The notes below the pieces were generated by a model that was not told where the DNA came from, ran no database searches, and was given only the letters and a program-made list of their open reading frames with translations. A stretch of 24,000 nt of DNA from positions 16,324 through 40,323 of the forward strand of contig CAYHEX010000005.1 in NCBI GenBank assembly GCA_964355365.1. The letters run 5' to 3'. Shown piece by piece: positions 7,023 to 15,073 of this stretch. This stretch comes from an uncultured Solibacteraceae bacterium. GTDB lineage: Bacteria > Acidobacteriota > Vicinamibacteria > Vicinamibacterales > SCN-69-37. Each line of letters starts with the position of its first letter. Position 1 is the stretch's first letter. The position numbers and the translations under genes are program-made.

Positions 7023-8246
7023 ATGATGCGGGCACTGGCAGGGTTCATACGCGACGGATTGCGCGAGGCCACGACGGGTGGGCGGGCCTACCACCTGTGG
7101 ATGGCCGCGCTGACGCTGTTGATGTGTGTGGGCGCGTGGGCGTATTCCGTGCAGCTCGATGAGGGTCTGAAGGTCACCGGCATGAACAACTCGGTGAGCT
7201 GGGGACTCTACATCTCGAACTTCGCGTTCCTGGTCGGCGTGGCGGCCGCGGCCGTCATCCTCGTGTTGCCGACCTACATCTTCAAAGATGTTGATTTCGC
7301 CCGCGCGGTGTTGGTGGGTGAAGCGCTCGCGGTCGCCGCCGTAGTCATGGCGATCAGCTTCGTCGTGGTCGATGTCGGCGGCCCGGCACGTCTGTGGCAC
7401 CTCATTCCGATGGTGGGCATTCTCAACTGGCCGGCGTCGCTGCTCAGCTGGGACATCCTGGTGCTGAACGGTTATCTCGCGCTGAATCTGATGATTCCGT
7501 TCTACATCCTGTTCAGCCACTATCAGGGACACAAACCGAATCCGCGGCTCTACGTGCCGTTTGTGATCCTGTCGATCCTGTGGGCCGTGTCGTTGCATCT
7601 GGTCACCGCGTTTCTGTTCGCCGGTTTGCCGGCGCGGCCGTTCTGGAACAGCGCGCTGCTCGGCCCGCGGTTTCTGGCCACAGCATTCACCGCCGGGCCG
7701 GCGCTGATCATCATCGTGCTGGCCCTGATTCGACGGTTCAGCGAGATGACGGTGGAGGATGACACCATCCACAAGCTCGCGCTCGTGGTGACGGTCGCCG
7801 CGCAAGTCACGCTGGTGATGCTGCTTTCGGAGCTGTTCACGGAGTTCTATCGCGACACCCACCACGGCCAGAGCGCGCGGTACTTGTACTTTGGCCTTGA
7901 TGGACACTACCGGCTGGTCCCATGGATCTGGACGTCGATTGGCCTCAATGTCGCGGCCACCGTCGCGCGCAGCCTGCATCGGGTGCGCCGGCACCTGCCG
8001 TCGCTCTATGTCGCCTGCGCCGCGCTGTTCGTCGCGATCGAAATCGAAAAGGGCATGGGCACCATCATTCCGGGTTTCATTCCGGAGCCCTGGGGCAACA
8101 TCGTCGAGTACTCGCCGACCTGGGTCGAGTGGACCGTGTCGCTGGGCATTCTGGCCGTCGGTTGCTTTGTCTTCACGGTGCTGGCCAAGGTGGCCACGCC
8201 CATCGAATCGGGCCGTCTCCGGTGGCGCGGCGGCAGCCGCGGCTGA
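7023..8246 (+). CDS. NrfD/PsrC-family integral membrane quinol-interacting subunit
   Basis: A 407-aa polytopic hydrophobic protein. Its N-terminal region (GGRAYHLWMAALTLLMCVGAWAYSVQLDEGLKVTGMNNSVSWGLYISNFAFLVGVAAAA) is typical of the NrfD/PsrC/ActC family. It directly follows the FeS subunit gene. Confidence 0.9.
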   Translation: MMRALAGFIRDGLREATTGGRAYHLWMAALTLLMCVGAWAYSVQLDEGLKVTGMNNSVSWGLYISNFAFLVGVAAAAVILVLPTYIFKDVDFARAVLVGEALAVAAVVMAISFVVVDVGGPARLWHLIPMVGILNWPASLLSWDILVLNGYLALNLMIPFYILFSHYQGHKPNPRLYVPFVILSILWAVSLHLVTAFLFAGLPARPFWNSALLGPRFLATAFTAGPALIIIVLALIRRFSEMTVEDDTIHKLALVVTVAAQVTLVMLLSELFTEFYRDTHHGQSARYLYFGLDGHYRLVPWIWTSIGLNVAATVARSLHRVRRHLPSLYVACAALFVAIEIEKGMGTIIPGFIPEPWGNIVEYSPTWVEWTVSLGILAVGCFVFTVLAKVATPIESGRLRWRGGSRG

Positions 8247-8261
8247 ACCGAGGCTCGCCGG

Positions 8262-9557
8262 CTACAGCAGCCCCGCGCGTCGCCGCAGATCCGTGAAGCG
8301 CGCGTCATCGCGCAGCGGATCGAGCGCCGGATCCACGTTGAGGTAGATGATCCAGTACGAGCGGTCCACGAGCGCCTTCTCCAGCCACTCGAAGGCGGCG
8401 TCGCGGTCGCCGAGCGCGGCGTGGATGGCCGCCATCTGGTAGGGCGACACGAACGTGTCGCGCGACCGCTCGCTGAGGTCGGCCATCTCGGCCTCCGCCT
8501 GCGCGCGGTCGCCCATCATCGCGTGCACGAGACCGAGCGCGGCCACCACGTCGCGATCGTTCGAGAGCCCCTTCGAAATCAGCAACTCCTCGATCGCCTG
8601 CGCGTGCCGACCTTGCTGCGCCAGCGCCAGCCCCATGCGGAAGTGCGCCATGGAGAATCCGGGATCGATCGCCACCACCCGCCGGTACTGGCGCACAGCG
8701 GCGTCGAAGTCGCGCGCGTAGTAGAACGGGTAGCCCGCAATGGTCGCGATGATGCGCGACAAAGGATCGAGCGCCTGCGCGCGGTCGAGCGCGGCGTGCG
8801 CTTCGGCAAACCGCCCCATGGCCGTGAGGTAGATGCCGTGGCGCTGGTGCGCGTCGCCGTATTCGGGATTCAGTTCGATCGCGCGGCGGAACGCGCGCTC
8901 GGCGGCGGGCCAGTTCCATTCGTAGAAGAGCTCGACGACGCCCAGCGAGTTGTGGGCCTCGGCCAGCGCCGGATCGAGCTTCAGCGCGGTCATCGCCGCG
9001 GCCTTGGACTTGGGAAACACGTCGCGCGGCATCGAGGCGCCGTAGAGGCTCAGGAGCGCATACGCATCCGCCAGGCCCACCCATGCGGGCGCGAACGTCG
9101 GATCCGCATCCGTCGACTGCAGAAACAGCGTAATCGCTTCGCCCAGCGTCTTGGTCAAGCGCTTGTTCAGGAAATGGCGGCCATTGAGAAACAGCTGATA
9201 GGCCTGCGAGTTCTCGCCGGCGGCCGGCAGCGGCTCACGGACCTCGGCCGAGAAGCGGTAGCCCCGGCCGGGAATCGTGATGATGGACTTGTGCTCCTGT
9301 GGCAGTTCGCCGAGCGCCCGGCGAATCACCGACACGTTCTGCGTGAGATTGGCCTCCTCCACGAATGTGTCGGGCCAGATTGCCTTGAGCAGTTCGGCCT
9401 TGGTGACGACCCGGTCGCGGTGCTCGACGAGGAACAGGAGGATGTCGAAGGCCTTTGGGACCAGGGGCACAGGCTGCCCGGCACGAAACAGCAGCCGTTT
9501 GGCCGCGTCGATGCGGAAGTCGTGGAACTCAAAGACCCGAACGTTCGCTGCCGCCAT
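8262..9557 (-). CDS. Transcriptional regulator: OmpR/CadC-type winged-helix DNA-binding domain fused to TPR repeats (no receiver domain, no TM segment seen)
   Basis: N-terminal segment FEFHDFRIDAAKRLLFRAGQPVPLVPKAFDILLFLVEHRDRVVTKAELLKAIWP...IRRALGE...ITIPGRGYRF is a Trans_reg_C-type winged helix. The C-terminal roughly 300 aa contains repeated A..AF.RA(IL)ELDP TPR-like units. Confidence 0.85.
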   Translation of the reverse strand: MAAANVRVFEFHDFRIDAAKRLLFRAGQPVPLVPKAFDILLFLVEHRDRVVTKAELLKAIWPDTFVEEANLTQNVSVIRRALGELPQEHKSIITIPGRGYRFSAEVREPLPAAGENSQAYQLFLNGRHFLNKRLTKTLGEAITLFLQSTDADPTFAPAWVGLADAYALLSLYGASMPRDVFPKSKAAAMTALKLDPALAEAHNSLGVVELFYEWNWPAAERAFRRAIELNPEYGDAHQRHGIYLTAMGRFAEAHAALDRAQALDPLSRIIATIAGYPFYYARDFDAAVRQYRRVVAIDPGFSMAHFRMGLALAQQGRHAQAIEELLISKGLSNDRDVVAALGLVHAMMGDRAQAEAEMADLSERSRDTFVSPYQMAAIHAALGDRDAAFEWLEKALVDRSYWIIYLNVDPALDPLRDDARFTDLRRRAGLL

Positions 9558-9578
9558 GTGGTTTTTACATTTTCTTAG

Positions 9579-9604
9579 AAGTCCTGAGGCCCTGTGAAGG
9601 ACTT
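9579..9604. promoter_or_regulatory. Perfect 7-bp inverted repeat AAGTCCT-N12-AGGACTT in the divergent regulator/lipoprotein intergenic region; candidate operator or 5'-UTR hairpin
   Basis: Arms at 9579-9585 and 9598-9604 are exact reverse complements. They lie in the AT-richer 94-bp gap between the regulator start (9557, minus) and the lipoprotein-1 start (9652, plus). Confidence 0.3.
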
Positions 9605-9651
9605 TCGGCGATGCCGATCCTTATAGTCAGCCCTTGTCAGGAGACATCCTC

Positions 9652-10467
9652 ATGAATCGAACGGCAGCCATCATCGTGTGGTCGGTGCTCGGCCTCGGCA
9701 CTTTCGGGTGCGGGGGCGGCGGCTCGTCGCCGACCAGCCCGTCAACATCAACGACCACCACCACGACGACCACGCCAACCACGCCGGCCACCACGCCGGT
9801 GACGTGGAACTTCAACGGATCCGTCTGGACGGCGTCCAGCACGGCGCCGGCCTGCCCGAGCCCGCTGAATCTGAGCTTGCCGATCGATCTGTCCAGGGTG
9901 ACGTCCATCCTGTATCCGGGCCAGACTCGCGGGGAGTACAAGCCTCACGGCGGCTTCCGATTCGATCAGCCGGGGCAGGCAAACGACGTCGCGGTGACGG
10001 TCCCGATGGCGTCCACGATCTTTCGCGGGGCCCGCTACCTGGTGGGCGGCGAAATCCAGTATGAGTTCGACTTCATCAATGAATGCGGACTGATGCATCG
10101 CATCGGTCACCTGCGCGAGTTGAGCACGCGCTTCGCGGCGCTGGCGGCGACGCTGCCGGCAGCCGTTGAGGGGGACTCGCGCACCACGAACTTTTCGGCC
10201 GGGCTGACGGCCGCGGCCGGTGAAGCGCTCGGCACCGCTGTCGGCCTGCGAACCACCAACAACGTGTTCTTCGACTGGGGCGTGTATGACTTGCGCCAGC
10301 GCAACAGCGCGAGCACCAACGCCACCTGGTTTGCAGCGCATCCGGGCGAACTGGCGCCATACGCCATCTGCTGGCTCGACGCCCTCACCTCGGCGAACTC
10401 CGCGGCCGTCAGGGCGCTTCCGGCCGCTGATCCGACCGCCGGTCGCACCAGCGATCTCTGCAGGTAG
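9652..10467 (+). CDS. Secreted lipoprotein 1: Cys-GGGGS-Thr/Pro linker plus a roughly 220-aa four-Cys domain with an M23/LytM-like core (canonical HxxxD and HxH motifs not conserved)
   Basis: ATG 9652 is preceded by CAGGAGAC. Signal peptide MNRTAAIIVWSVLGLGTFG/C. Linker CGGGGSSPTSPSTSTTTTTTTTPTTPATTP. Core segments: YKPHGGFRF...VTVPMASTIF...GLMHRIGHL...AAAGEALGTAVG...FFDWGVYD. It is roughly 50 percent identical by eye to lipoprotein 2. Confidence 0.8.
   Translation: MNRTAAIIVWSVLGLGTFGCGGGGSSPTSPSTSTTTTTTTTPTTPATTPVTWNFNGSVWTASSTAPACPSPLNLSLPIDLSRVTSILYPGQTRGEYKPHGGFRFDQPGQANDVAVTVPMASTIFRGARYLVGGEIQYEFDFINECGLMHRIGHLRELSTRFAALAATLPAAVEGDSRTTNFSAGLTAAAGEALGTAVGLRTTNNVFFDWGVYDLRQRNSASTNATWFAAHPGELAPYAICWLDALTSANSAAVRALPAADPTAGRTSDLCR
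9709..9798 (+). repeat. Copy 1 of the shared lipobox-Cys/GGGGS/poly-Thr-Pro linker coding module (ACC/ACG-rich)
   Basis: It shares near-identical runs with copy 2, for example cgaccaccaccacNacgaccacgccaaccacgccg. Downstream of the module, copies 1 and 2 also share acgtggaNcttcaacggatccg. The antisense reads as poly-Val pseudo-ORFs. Confidence 0.8.
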
Positions 10468-10479
10468 ACAGAAGGCCCA

Positions 10480-11292
10480 ATGCCGCGCAGAACCTGTCGT
10501 GCGATCGTCATCCTGCTCGTTGGTGTCAGCGCCGCGTGTGGCGGCGGCGGAAGCTCCCCCATCTCGCCGTCAACCACCACGACCACCACCACAACGACCA
10601 CGCCAACCACGCCGACGGCGACCTCGGTCACGTGGAGCTTCAACGGATCCGCGTGGGCGGCCTCCGGCACCGCACCGGCTTGTCCGAGTCCGCTCGTGTT
10701 CTCGGCGCCGGCCGACGTGACCAAAGCCACCGCCGTGCTCTATCCAGGGCAGACCCGCGGCGGCAACTACAAGGCGCACGGCGGACTGCTCTTCGCGAAC
10801 GGCACGAACACCACCATCCAGGTCACCGCCCCGATGGCCGGCTACGTGTACCGCGGGGTCCGGTACATCGAATCCGGCGAAGTGCAGTACCTGTTCGACA
10901 TCATCAACACCTGCGGCGTGATGCATCGCTTCGACCACCTGCTCACGCTGAGCTCGCGGTTCCAGGCGATCGCCGACACGTTCCCGCCGGCCGGCGCGAG
11001 TTCGGCGACGACGAACGTCGCGGCCGGCCAGAACGTGACCGAGGGCGAAGTGATCGCCACTGCCGTCGGGTTTCGCGTCAGCGGCAACACCTCATTCGAC
11101 TGGGGCGCGTACGATCTGCGCCAGAAGAACGCCGCCAGCGCCGACCCGGCGTGGCTCGCGGGCCATTCCGGCGAACAGGCGCCGTACGCCCTCTGCTGGC
11201 TCAACAACCTGTCGACGTCGAGCGCCGCGCTGTTGAGGGCGCTGCCCGGCGGAGACTTCATCGCGGGGAGAACCAGTGACTACTGCAAATAA
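10480..11292 (+). CDS. Secreted lipoprotein 2, paralogue of lipoprotein 1
   Basis: Signal peptide MPRRTCRAIVILLVGVSAA/C. Linker CGGGGSSPISPSTTTTTTTTTTPTTPTATS. Core segments: YKAHGGLLF...VTAPMAGYVY...GVMHRFDHL...VTEGEVIATAVG...SFDWGAYD. The four Cys residues are conserved with lipoprotein 1 (PACPSPL, IN.CG.MH, YA.CWL, SD.C). Confidence 0.8.
   Translation: MPRRTCRAIVILLVGVSAACGGGGSSPISPSTTTTTTTTTTPTTPTATSVTWSFNGSAWAASGTAPACPSPLVFSAPADVTKATAVLYPGQTRGGNYKAHGGLLFANGTNTTIQVTAPMAGYVYRGVRYIESGEVQYLFDIINTCGVMHRFDHLLTLSSRFQAIADTFPPAGASSATTNVAAGQNVTEGEVIATAVGFRVSGNTSFDWGAYDLRQKNAASADPAWLAGHSGEQAPYALCWLNNLSTSSAALLRALPGGDFIAGRTSDYCK
10537..10626 (+). repeat. Copy 2 of the linker coding module
   Basis: The protein register is the same as copy 1: Cys at residue 20, Trp of VTW at residue 52. 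Confidence 0.8.
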
Positions 11293-12049
11293 GGCAACGA
11301 CGGCGCTGCTGGCCGTGCTGTGTGCGCTCACGATGGCGTGTGGCGGTGGCGGAAGCGCCCCGACATCGCCGTCGACCACCACGACGACCACGACCACACC
11401 AACGACGACGACACCGACGCCCACAACGCCGAAGGAGATGGTCATCTCCTACTTCGCGGTCGATCTGGCCTCGTCGCCGTTCCTGGCCACGTCGGCCTTC
11501 AACGTCACCGATTGGCCGGCGCGCGTGTATCCAGCCATTCACGTGTTTGGTAAGACCTATCAGGGTCAGGTCGAATCCGCGCTCACCTTCGATCTGCTGC
11601 GGATCGGCACGCCGATCTACGCGCCGTTCGACGGCACGATTCAGGACGTGGTCAACCAACCGACGTCCTGCGACACGGAGATGTACTTCGTCGACGGGAA
11701 TAACGACTCGCAGAATCACCTGTCGTACGACCATGTGATTCCGCTCGACCGATTCCGCACGCGCGGCGCGGCGTTCCGGGCCGGCGAGCAGATTGCGACC
11801 ATCGGCGCGTGGGAGTGCACCGAGCGGTTCGGCCGCGTGGAGATGATGGTGATCAACGCGCCGACGGGCAGCACGACGCCAACGCGTTCGCGGTGCCCGC
11901 TGGTGCTGCTCGACACCACGAAGCGGTCGTCGATGCTGGCGCTGATCTCGAGCGTGATGGACTGGTGGAACAGCCTCGGCCCCGCGAGCGCGTACACCGC
12001 GAGCGAACGCACGAACGGACTCTGCGCTACGGAGTTTGGCCCGCTGTAG
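11276..12049 (+). CDS. Secreted lipoprotein 3: same signal and linker module, different M23-like domain (clear GTPIYAPFDGTI signature, metal ligands substituted)
   Basis: GTG 11276 is preceded by GGGGAG and overlaps the end of lipoprotein 2 by 17 nt. Signal and linker: ALLAVLCALTMA/CGGGGSAPTSPSTTTTTTTTPTTTTPTPTTP. The M23-like order of motifs is LTFDLLRIGTPIYAPFDGTI...LSYDHV...FRAGEQIATIG...GRVEMMV, with VEMM where HxH is expected. Confidence 0.75.
   Translation: MTTANKATTALLAVLCALTMACGGGGSAPTSPSTTTTTTTTPTTTTPTPTTPKEMVISYFAVDLASSPFLATSAFNVTDWPARVYPAIHVFGKTYQGQVESALTFDLLRIGTPIYAPFDGTIQDVVNQPTSCDTEMYFVDGNNDSQNHLSYDHVIPLDRFRTRGAAFRAGEQIATIGAWECTERFGRVEMMVINAPTGSTTPTRSRCPLVLLDTTKRSSMLALISSVMDWWNSLGPASAYTASERTNGLCATEFGPL
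11339..11431 (+). repeat. Copy 3 of the linker coding module
   Basis: tgtggcggtggcggaagcgccccgacatcgccgtcgaccaccacgacgaccacgaccacaccaacgacgacgacaccgacgcc encodes CGGGGSAPTSPSTTTTTTTTPTTTTPTP. Confidence 0.75.
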
Positions 12050-12222
12050 CGATCTGGAAGTCACTGGCGCCTTGGTTGACGATCGCCGGTGCGCTGGGCT
12101 ACGGTCATCGTCGATGTCTCGACCTGCTCGCGCCGTCCCTTACGCTTGGCGGGAGTTGGTGTGGTACATGCGCTACCACCTACACGGAGCTGGAACACAG
12201 CTCCAATGATCGACCGAACCGG

Positions 12223-14727
12223 TCAGGAGTGGGACCCGGCGATGGCGCCGGGCTTGTGGTGCAACGGGATCCTGACGTTCGAGAAGACCGCGGACAGCGT
12301 GTAGACACCACCCGGGGTCGTGTTGAACTCCAGCACGCCCGGTTCCGGACGCGTGACGGTGACAATCGTGCCCGCGGAAGTGACTTGCAGCGGTACCGCC
12401 GACCGCACACGACACTTGCGCCCGAGCGTGGACGTGATCACCGCCCGGTCGAGCGCGCCACCCTTCCACGCAAGGCTGACCTCGAATCCGCCGCGCGCCT
12501 TGAGGCCGGTGATCTCGCCGTCCCTCCACGAGTCCGGCAGCGCCGGCAACAGATTCAGTTCGTTCTCATGCGACTGCAGCAGCATCTCGGCGATGGCCGC
12601 GGTGAATCCAAATGACCCGTCCACCTGCATGGCTTTCGAGCAGATCGAGAACAGGCTGTCGGTCGTGTAGGTCTTGATCGCGAACGCAAAGTTGTCCATC
12701 GCCTTGCGCGCGTTGCCGAGCCGCGCCCACGATGCGGCCTTCCATGCCGAGGCCCACCCGTTGCCTTCGAGACCGCGCTGCTCGAGCACCACCGCGGCCG
12801 CAGCCGCAAACGCCGGCGTGCGCCGCACCGAAATGTCGTTGCCGGGATACAAGCCCCAGAGATTCGAGATGTGACGATGGCTCTTCTCGCGCTGGTCCCA
12901 GTCCTCGAGCCACTCCTGCAGATCGCCCTTCTTGCCGATCTGCATCGGCGCGAGCTTAGCGCGCGCGTCGAGCACCCTGCGACGGAATCCGTCGTCGAGC
13001 CCGAGCACAGCGGCAGCCTCGGCGACTTCGCTGAACAGATCGCGAAGGATCGCCATGTCAATCGTGGATCCCGCCACGAGCGACGTGCCGGAACTCATCG
13101 ACCCGGTCACCTCATCGAAGAAGCGATTGTTGCCGGGCGCGAGCGGAAAGTTCTCCGGCGACGTGGACGGGTTCGTCACGAGCCACCCGTGCTTGGGATC
13201 GACGACCAGGAAATCCAGGAAGAACTGCGCGGCGCCCTTCATCACCGGGTAGTACTCGCGCAGGAACGCGGTGTCGCCTGTGAATTGATAGTGCTCCCAC
13301 AAGTGCGTGGTGAGCCAGGCGCCACCGGTCGTGAAGCCGCCCCAGCTCGGACCGTCCATCGGCGCCGCCACGCGCCAGAGGTCGGTGTTTTGATGAAAGA
13401 CCCAGCCGCCGGCGCCGTAGTTCTCGCGCGCCACGTCTGCGCCCTGGTCGCTCAGTTCTTTGATCATGCCGAACAGCGGCTGGGCGGTCTCACTGAGATT
13501 GGCCACTTCGGCCGGCCAGTAGTTCATCTCGGTGTTGATGTTCGTCGTGTACTTCGAATCCCACATGGGATTCATGTCCTTGTTCCAGATCCCCTGCAGA
13601 TTGGCCGGCTGGGTGCCGGGGCGCGAGGACGACAACAACAGGTAGCGCCCGAACTGAAAGATCAACGCGGCCAGTTCGGGATCGTTCGTGCCGTCAAACG
13701 CCTTCAGCCGTTCGTCGGTCGGCAGCGCCGAATTGGCTGTCGCGCCGAAATGCGCGGACACACGCCGGAACAGCCGCTGGTGCTCGGCGATGTGCGCGGC
13801 CTTGATCGCGTCGAATGACTTCCCCGCCAGCGCGTTCATCGTCTTTGTCACGCGCGCGTCAGGATCGCCGCTCACATCCTTGTGGTTCACGAAGTTGGTC
13901 GCGGCCGCCACGATCAGCATCACTTCGTTCGCGCCGCGGACGATGAGGTTGTCATCGTCCACGCGCATGTCTCCGCCGCGCGGCAGTGCCTTGAGGCGCG
14001 AGAGATAGCGCAGCGCGCCGGGCACGCCGAGGTAGTCGGCCGACTTGCCGCGCACGATCAGGCCGTCGGTGCCGAGTCCCTCCATGCGGAAGTAGTCCGT
14101 GGCGTAGTTCGAGTGCGCCTGGTTGCGCTCGCCGCGCAGTTGGGCCGTGAACGACACCGCGCCGGGCGCGTCGGCGGTGAGGCGAATGATGATGACCTGA
14201 TCGATGGGCGTGACAAAGACTTCGCGATGGAACGTCACGCCGCCGCGTGTGTAGCTCGTGGTGGCGACGGCCGTGTCGAGGTCGAGCTCGTTGCGGTAGT
14301 TCGTGACGGCGCCCGTCGCGTCGAGCTTCAGCATCACGTTGCCGAGCGACTGATACTTCATCTGCTCGACCGGGTAGCCCATGAGGTTCTTGCCGAACAG
14401 GCGATGCGCCTCGATCAGTTTGCCGTCGAAGATGAGCTTGCGGATTTCAGGCAGCGCCTTCGCGCCGCCTTTGACGGTCGTCGAGTACGGTCCGCCCGAC
14501 CAGTAGGTGTCTTCATTGATCTGGATCTGCTCTTCGTCGGTCTTGCCGAAGACCATGGCGCCAAGCCGGCCGTTGCCGACGGGCAACGCGTTCTCCCACC
14601 TGTCGGCGGGGTGCGTGTAGAAGAGGCGTGTGGTCGAATCGCCGGCGGCGGGCGCGCCCTGCCCCGAGGGACCACTCAGAAGAATCAGGCCAAATAGCGT
14701 GACGTATGTCCAGCGGCGCATGCGCAA
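12223..14727 (-). CDS. Glycoside hydrolase family 95 (alpha-L-fucosidase type), secreted
   Basis: N-terminal GH95 signature [38 protein letters not shown]. The roughly 830-aa length is typical. Signal peptide [20 protein letters not shown]. Position 14727 is a TTG; the in-frame ATG at 14721 (MRRWTY...) is the more likely start. Confidence 0.88.
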   Translation of the reverse strand: MRMRRWTYVTLFGLILLSGPSGQGAPAAGDSTTRLFYTHPADRWENALPVGNGRLGAMVFGKTDEEQIQINEDTYWSGGPYSTTVKGGAKALPEIRKLIFDGKLIEAHRLFGKNLMGYPVEQMKYQSLGNVMLKLDATGAVTNYRNELDLDTAVATTSYTRGGVTFHREVFVTPIDQVIIIRLTADAPGAVSFTAQLRGERNQAHSNYATDYFRMEGLGTDGLIVRGKSADYLGVPGALRYLSRLKALPRGGDMRVDDDNLIVRGANEVMLIVAAATNFVNHKDVSGDPDARVTKTMNALAGKSFDAIKAAHIAEHQRLFRRVSAHFGATANSALPTDERLKAFDGTNDPELAALIFQFGRYLLLSSSRPGTQPANLQGIWNKDMNPMWDSKYTTNINTEMNYWPAEVANLSETAQPLFGMIKELSDQGADVARENYGAGGWVFHQNTDLWRVAAPMDGPSWGGFTTGGAWLTTHLWEHYQFTGDTAFLREYYPVMKGAAQFFLDFLVVDPKHGWLVTNPSTSPENFPLAPGNNRFFDEVTGSMSSGTSLVAGSTIDMAILRDLFSEVAEAAAVLGLDDGFRRRVLDARAKLAPMQIGKKGDLQEWLEDWDQREKSHRHISNLWGLYPGNDISVRRTPAFAAAAAVVLEQRGLEGNGWASAWKAASWARLGNARKAMDNFAFAIKTYTTDSLFSICSKAMQVDGSFGFTAAIAEMLLQSHENELNLLPALPDSWRDGEITGLKARGGFEVSLAWKGGALDRAVITSTLGRKCRVRSAVPLQVTSAGTIVTVTRPEPGVLEFNTTPGGVYTLSAVFSNVRIPLHHKPGAIAGSHS

Positions 14728-14774
14728 GAGTGTAGATCCAGTCGGCCGGCATTTGGTGATACCGTGCCCCCCGA

Positions 14775-14966
14775 ATGCAACGCGCGCTCCCGCCAGCCGA
14801 ACACTTCACCTGCGGCGAGGTGCGCGGCGGCAACGGCGTGACGGTCTGTTATGCCGGGCATCCCGTCGGCTGGCTCTATCGTGCCGACCGGCATCACTGG
14901 TCGTCCCTCAGTGTCGACACGGCGCCGCCTCCGGGCCACCAGGACCCGCGGTGTGGCATGCGGTGA
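14775..14966 (+). CDS. Hypothetical 63-aa protein (low confidence)
   Basis: An ATG-initiated ORF inside the 346-bp gap upstream of the GH95 gene. About 80 percent of its codons end in G/C, similar to the confirmed genes here. No recognisable SD and no recognisable family ([38 protein letters not shown]...). Confidence 0.25.
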   Translation: MQRALPPAEHFTCGEVRGGNGVTVCYAGHPVGWLYRADRHHWSSLSVDTAPPPGHQDPRCGMR

Positions 14967-15073
14967 AGAACCGGTTACTGCCACGCGCGTTCAGATCCTG
15001 ATCACCATGAATGGGTCGTGATGACGCCCCACGATCTCCATCCCGAACATGCGCTCGGTCCACGCGCCCATGC

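Noticed and set aside
9709-11431. Whether the three spaced ACC/ACG-rich repeats could be a CRISPR-like or other non-coding repeat array.
   Set aside because: The repeats lie in-frame at the same position of three paralogous coding sequences and are about 800 bp apart. They show no repeat-spacer periodicity and no cas genes are nearby.
9627-11445. Poly-Val ORFs (9627-9941 -, 10107-10730 -, 11092-11445 -) and His/Asp-rich ORFs (9678-10064 +, 10536-11279 +, 11320-11553 +).
   Set aside because: They are alternative-frame or antisense readings of the ACC/ACG poly-Thr linker repeats in the three lipoprotein genes. The lipoprotein frames have signal peptides, conserved Cys residues and paralogy.
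12050-12222. Hairpins in the convergent gap between lipoprotein 3 and GH95, for example GGAGCTG-gaaca-CAGCTCC at 12186-12204.
   Set aside because: The stem is short and has no flanking U-tract on either strand, so I cannot support it as a terminator. The overlapping ORF 12089-12304 has no support.
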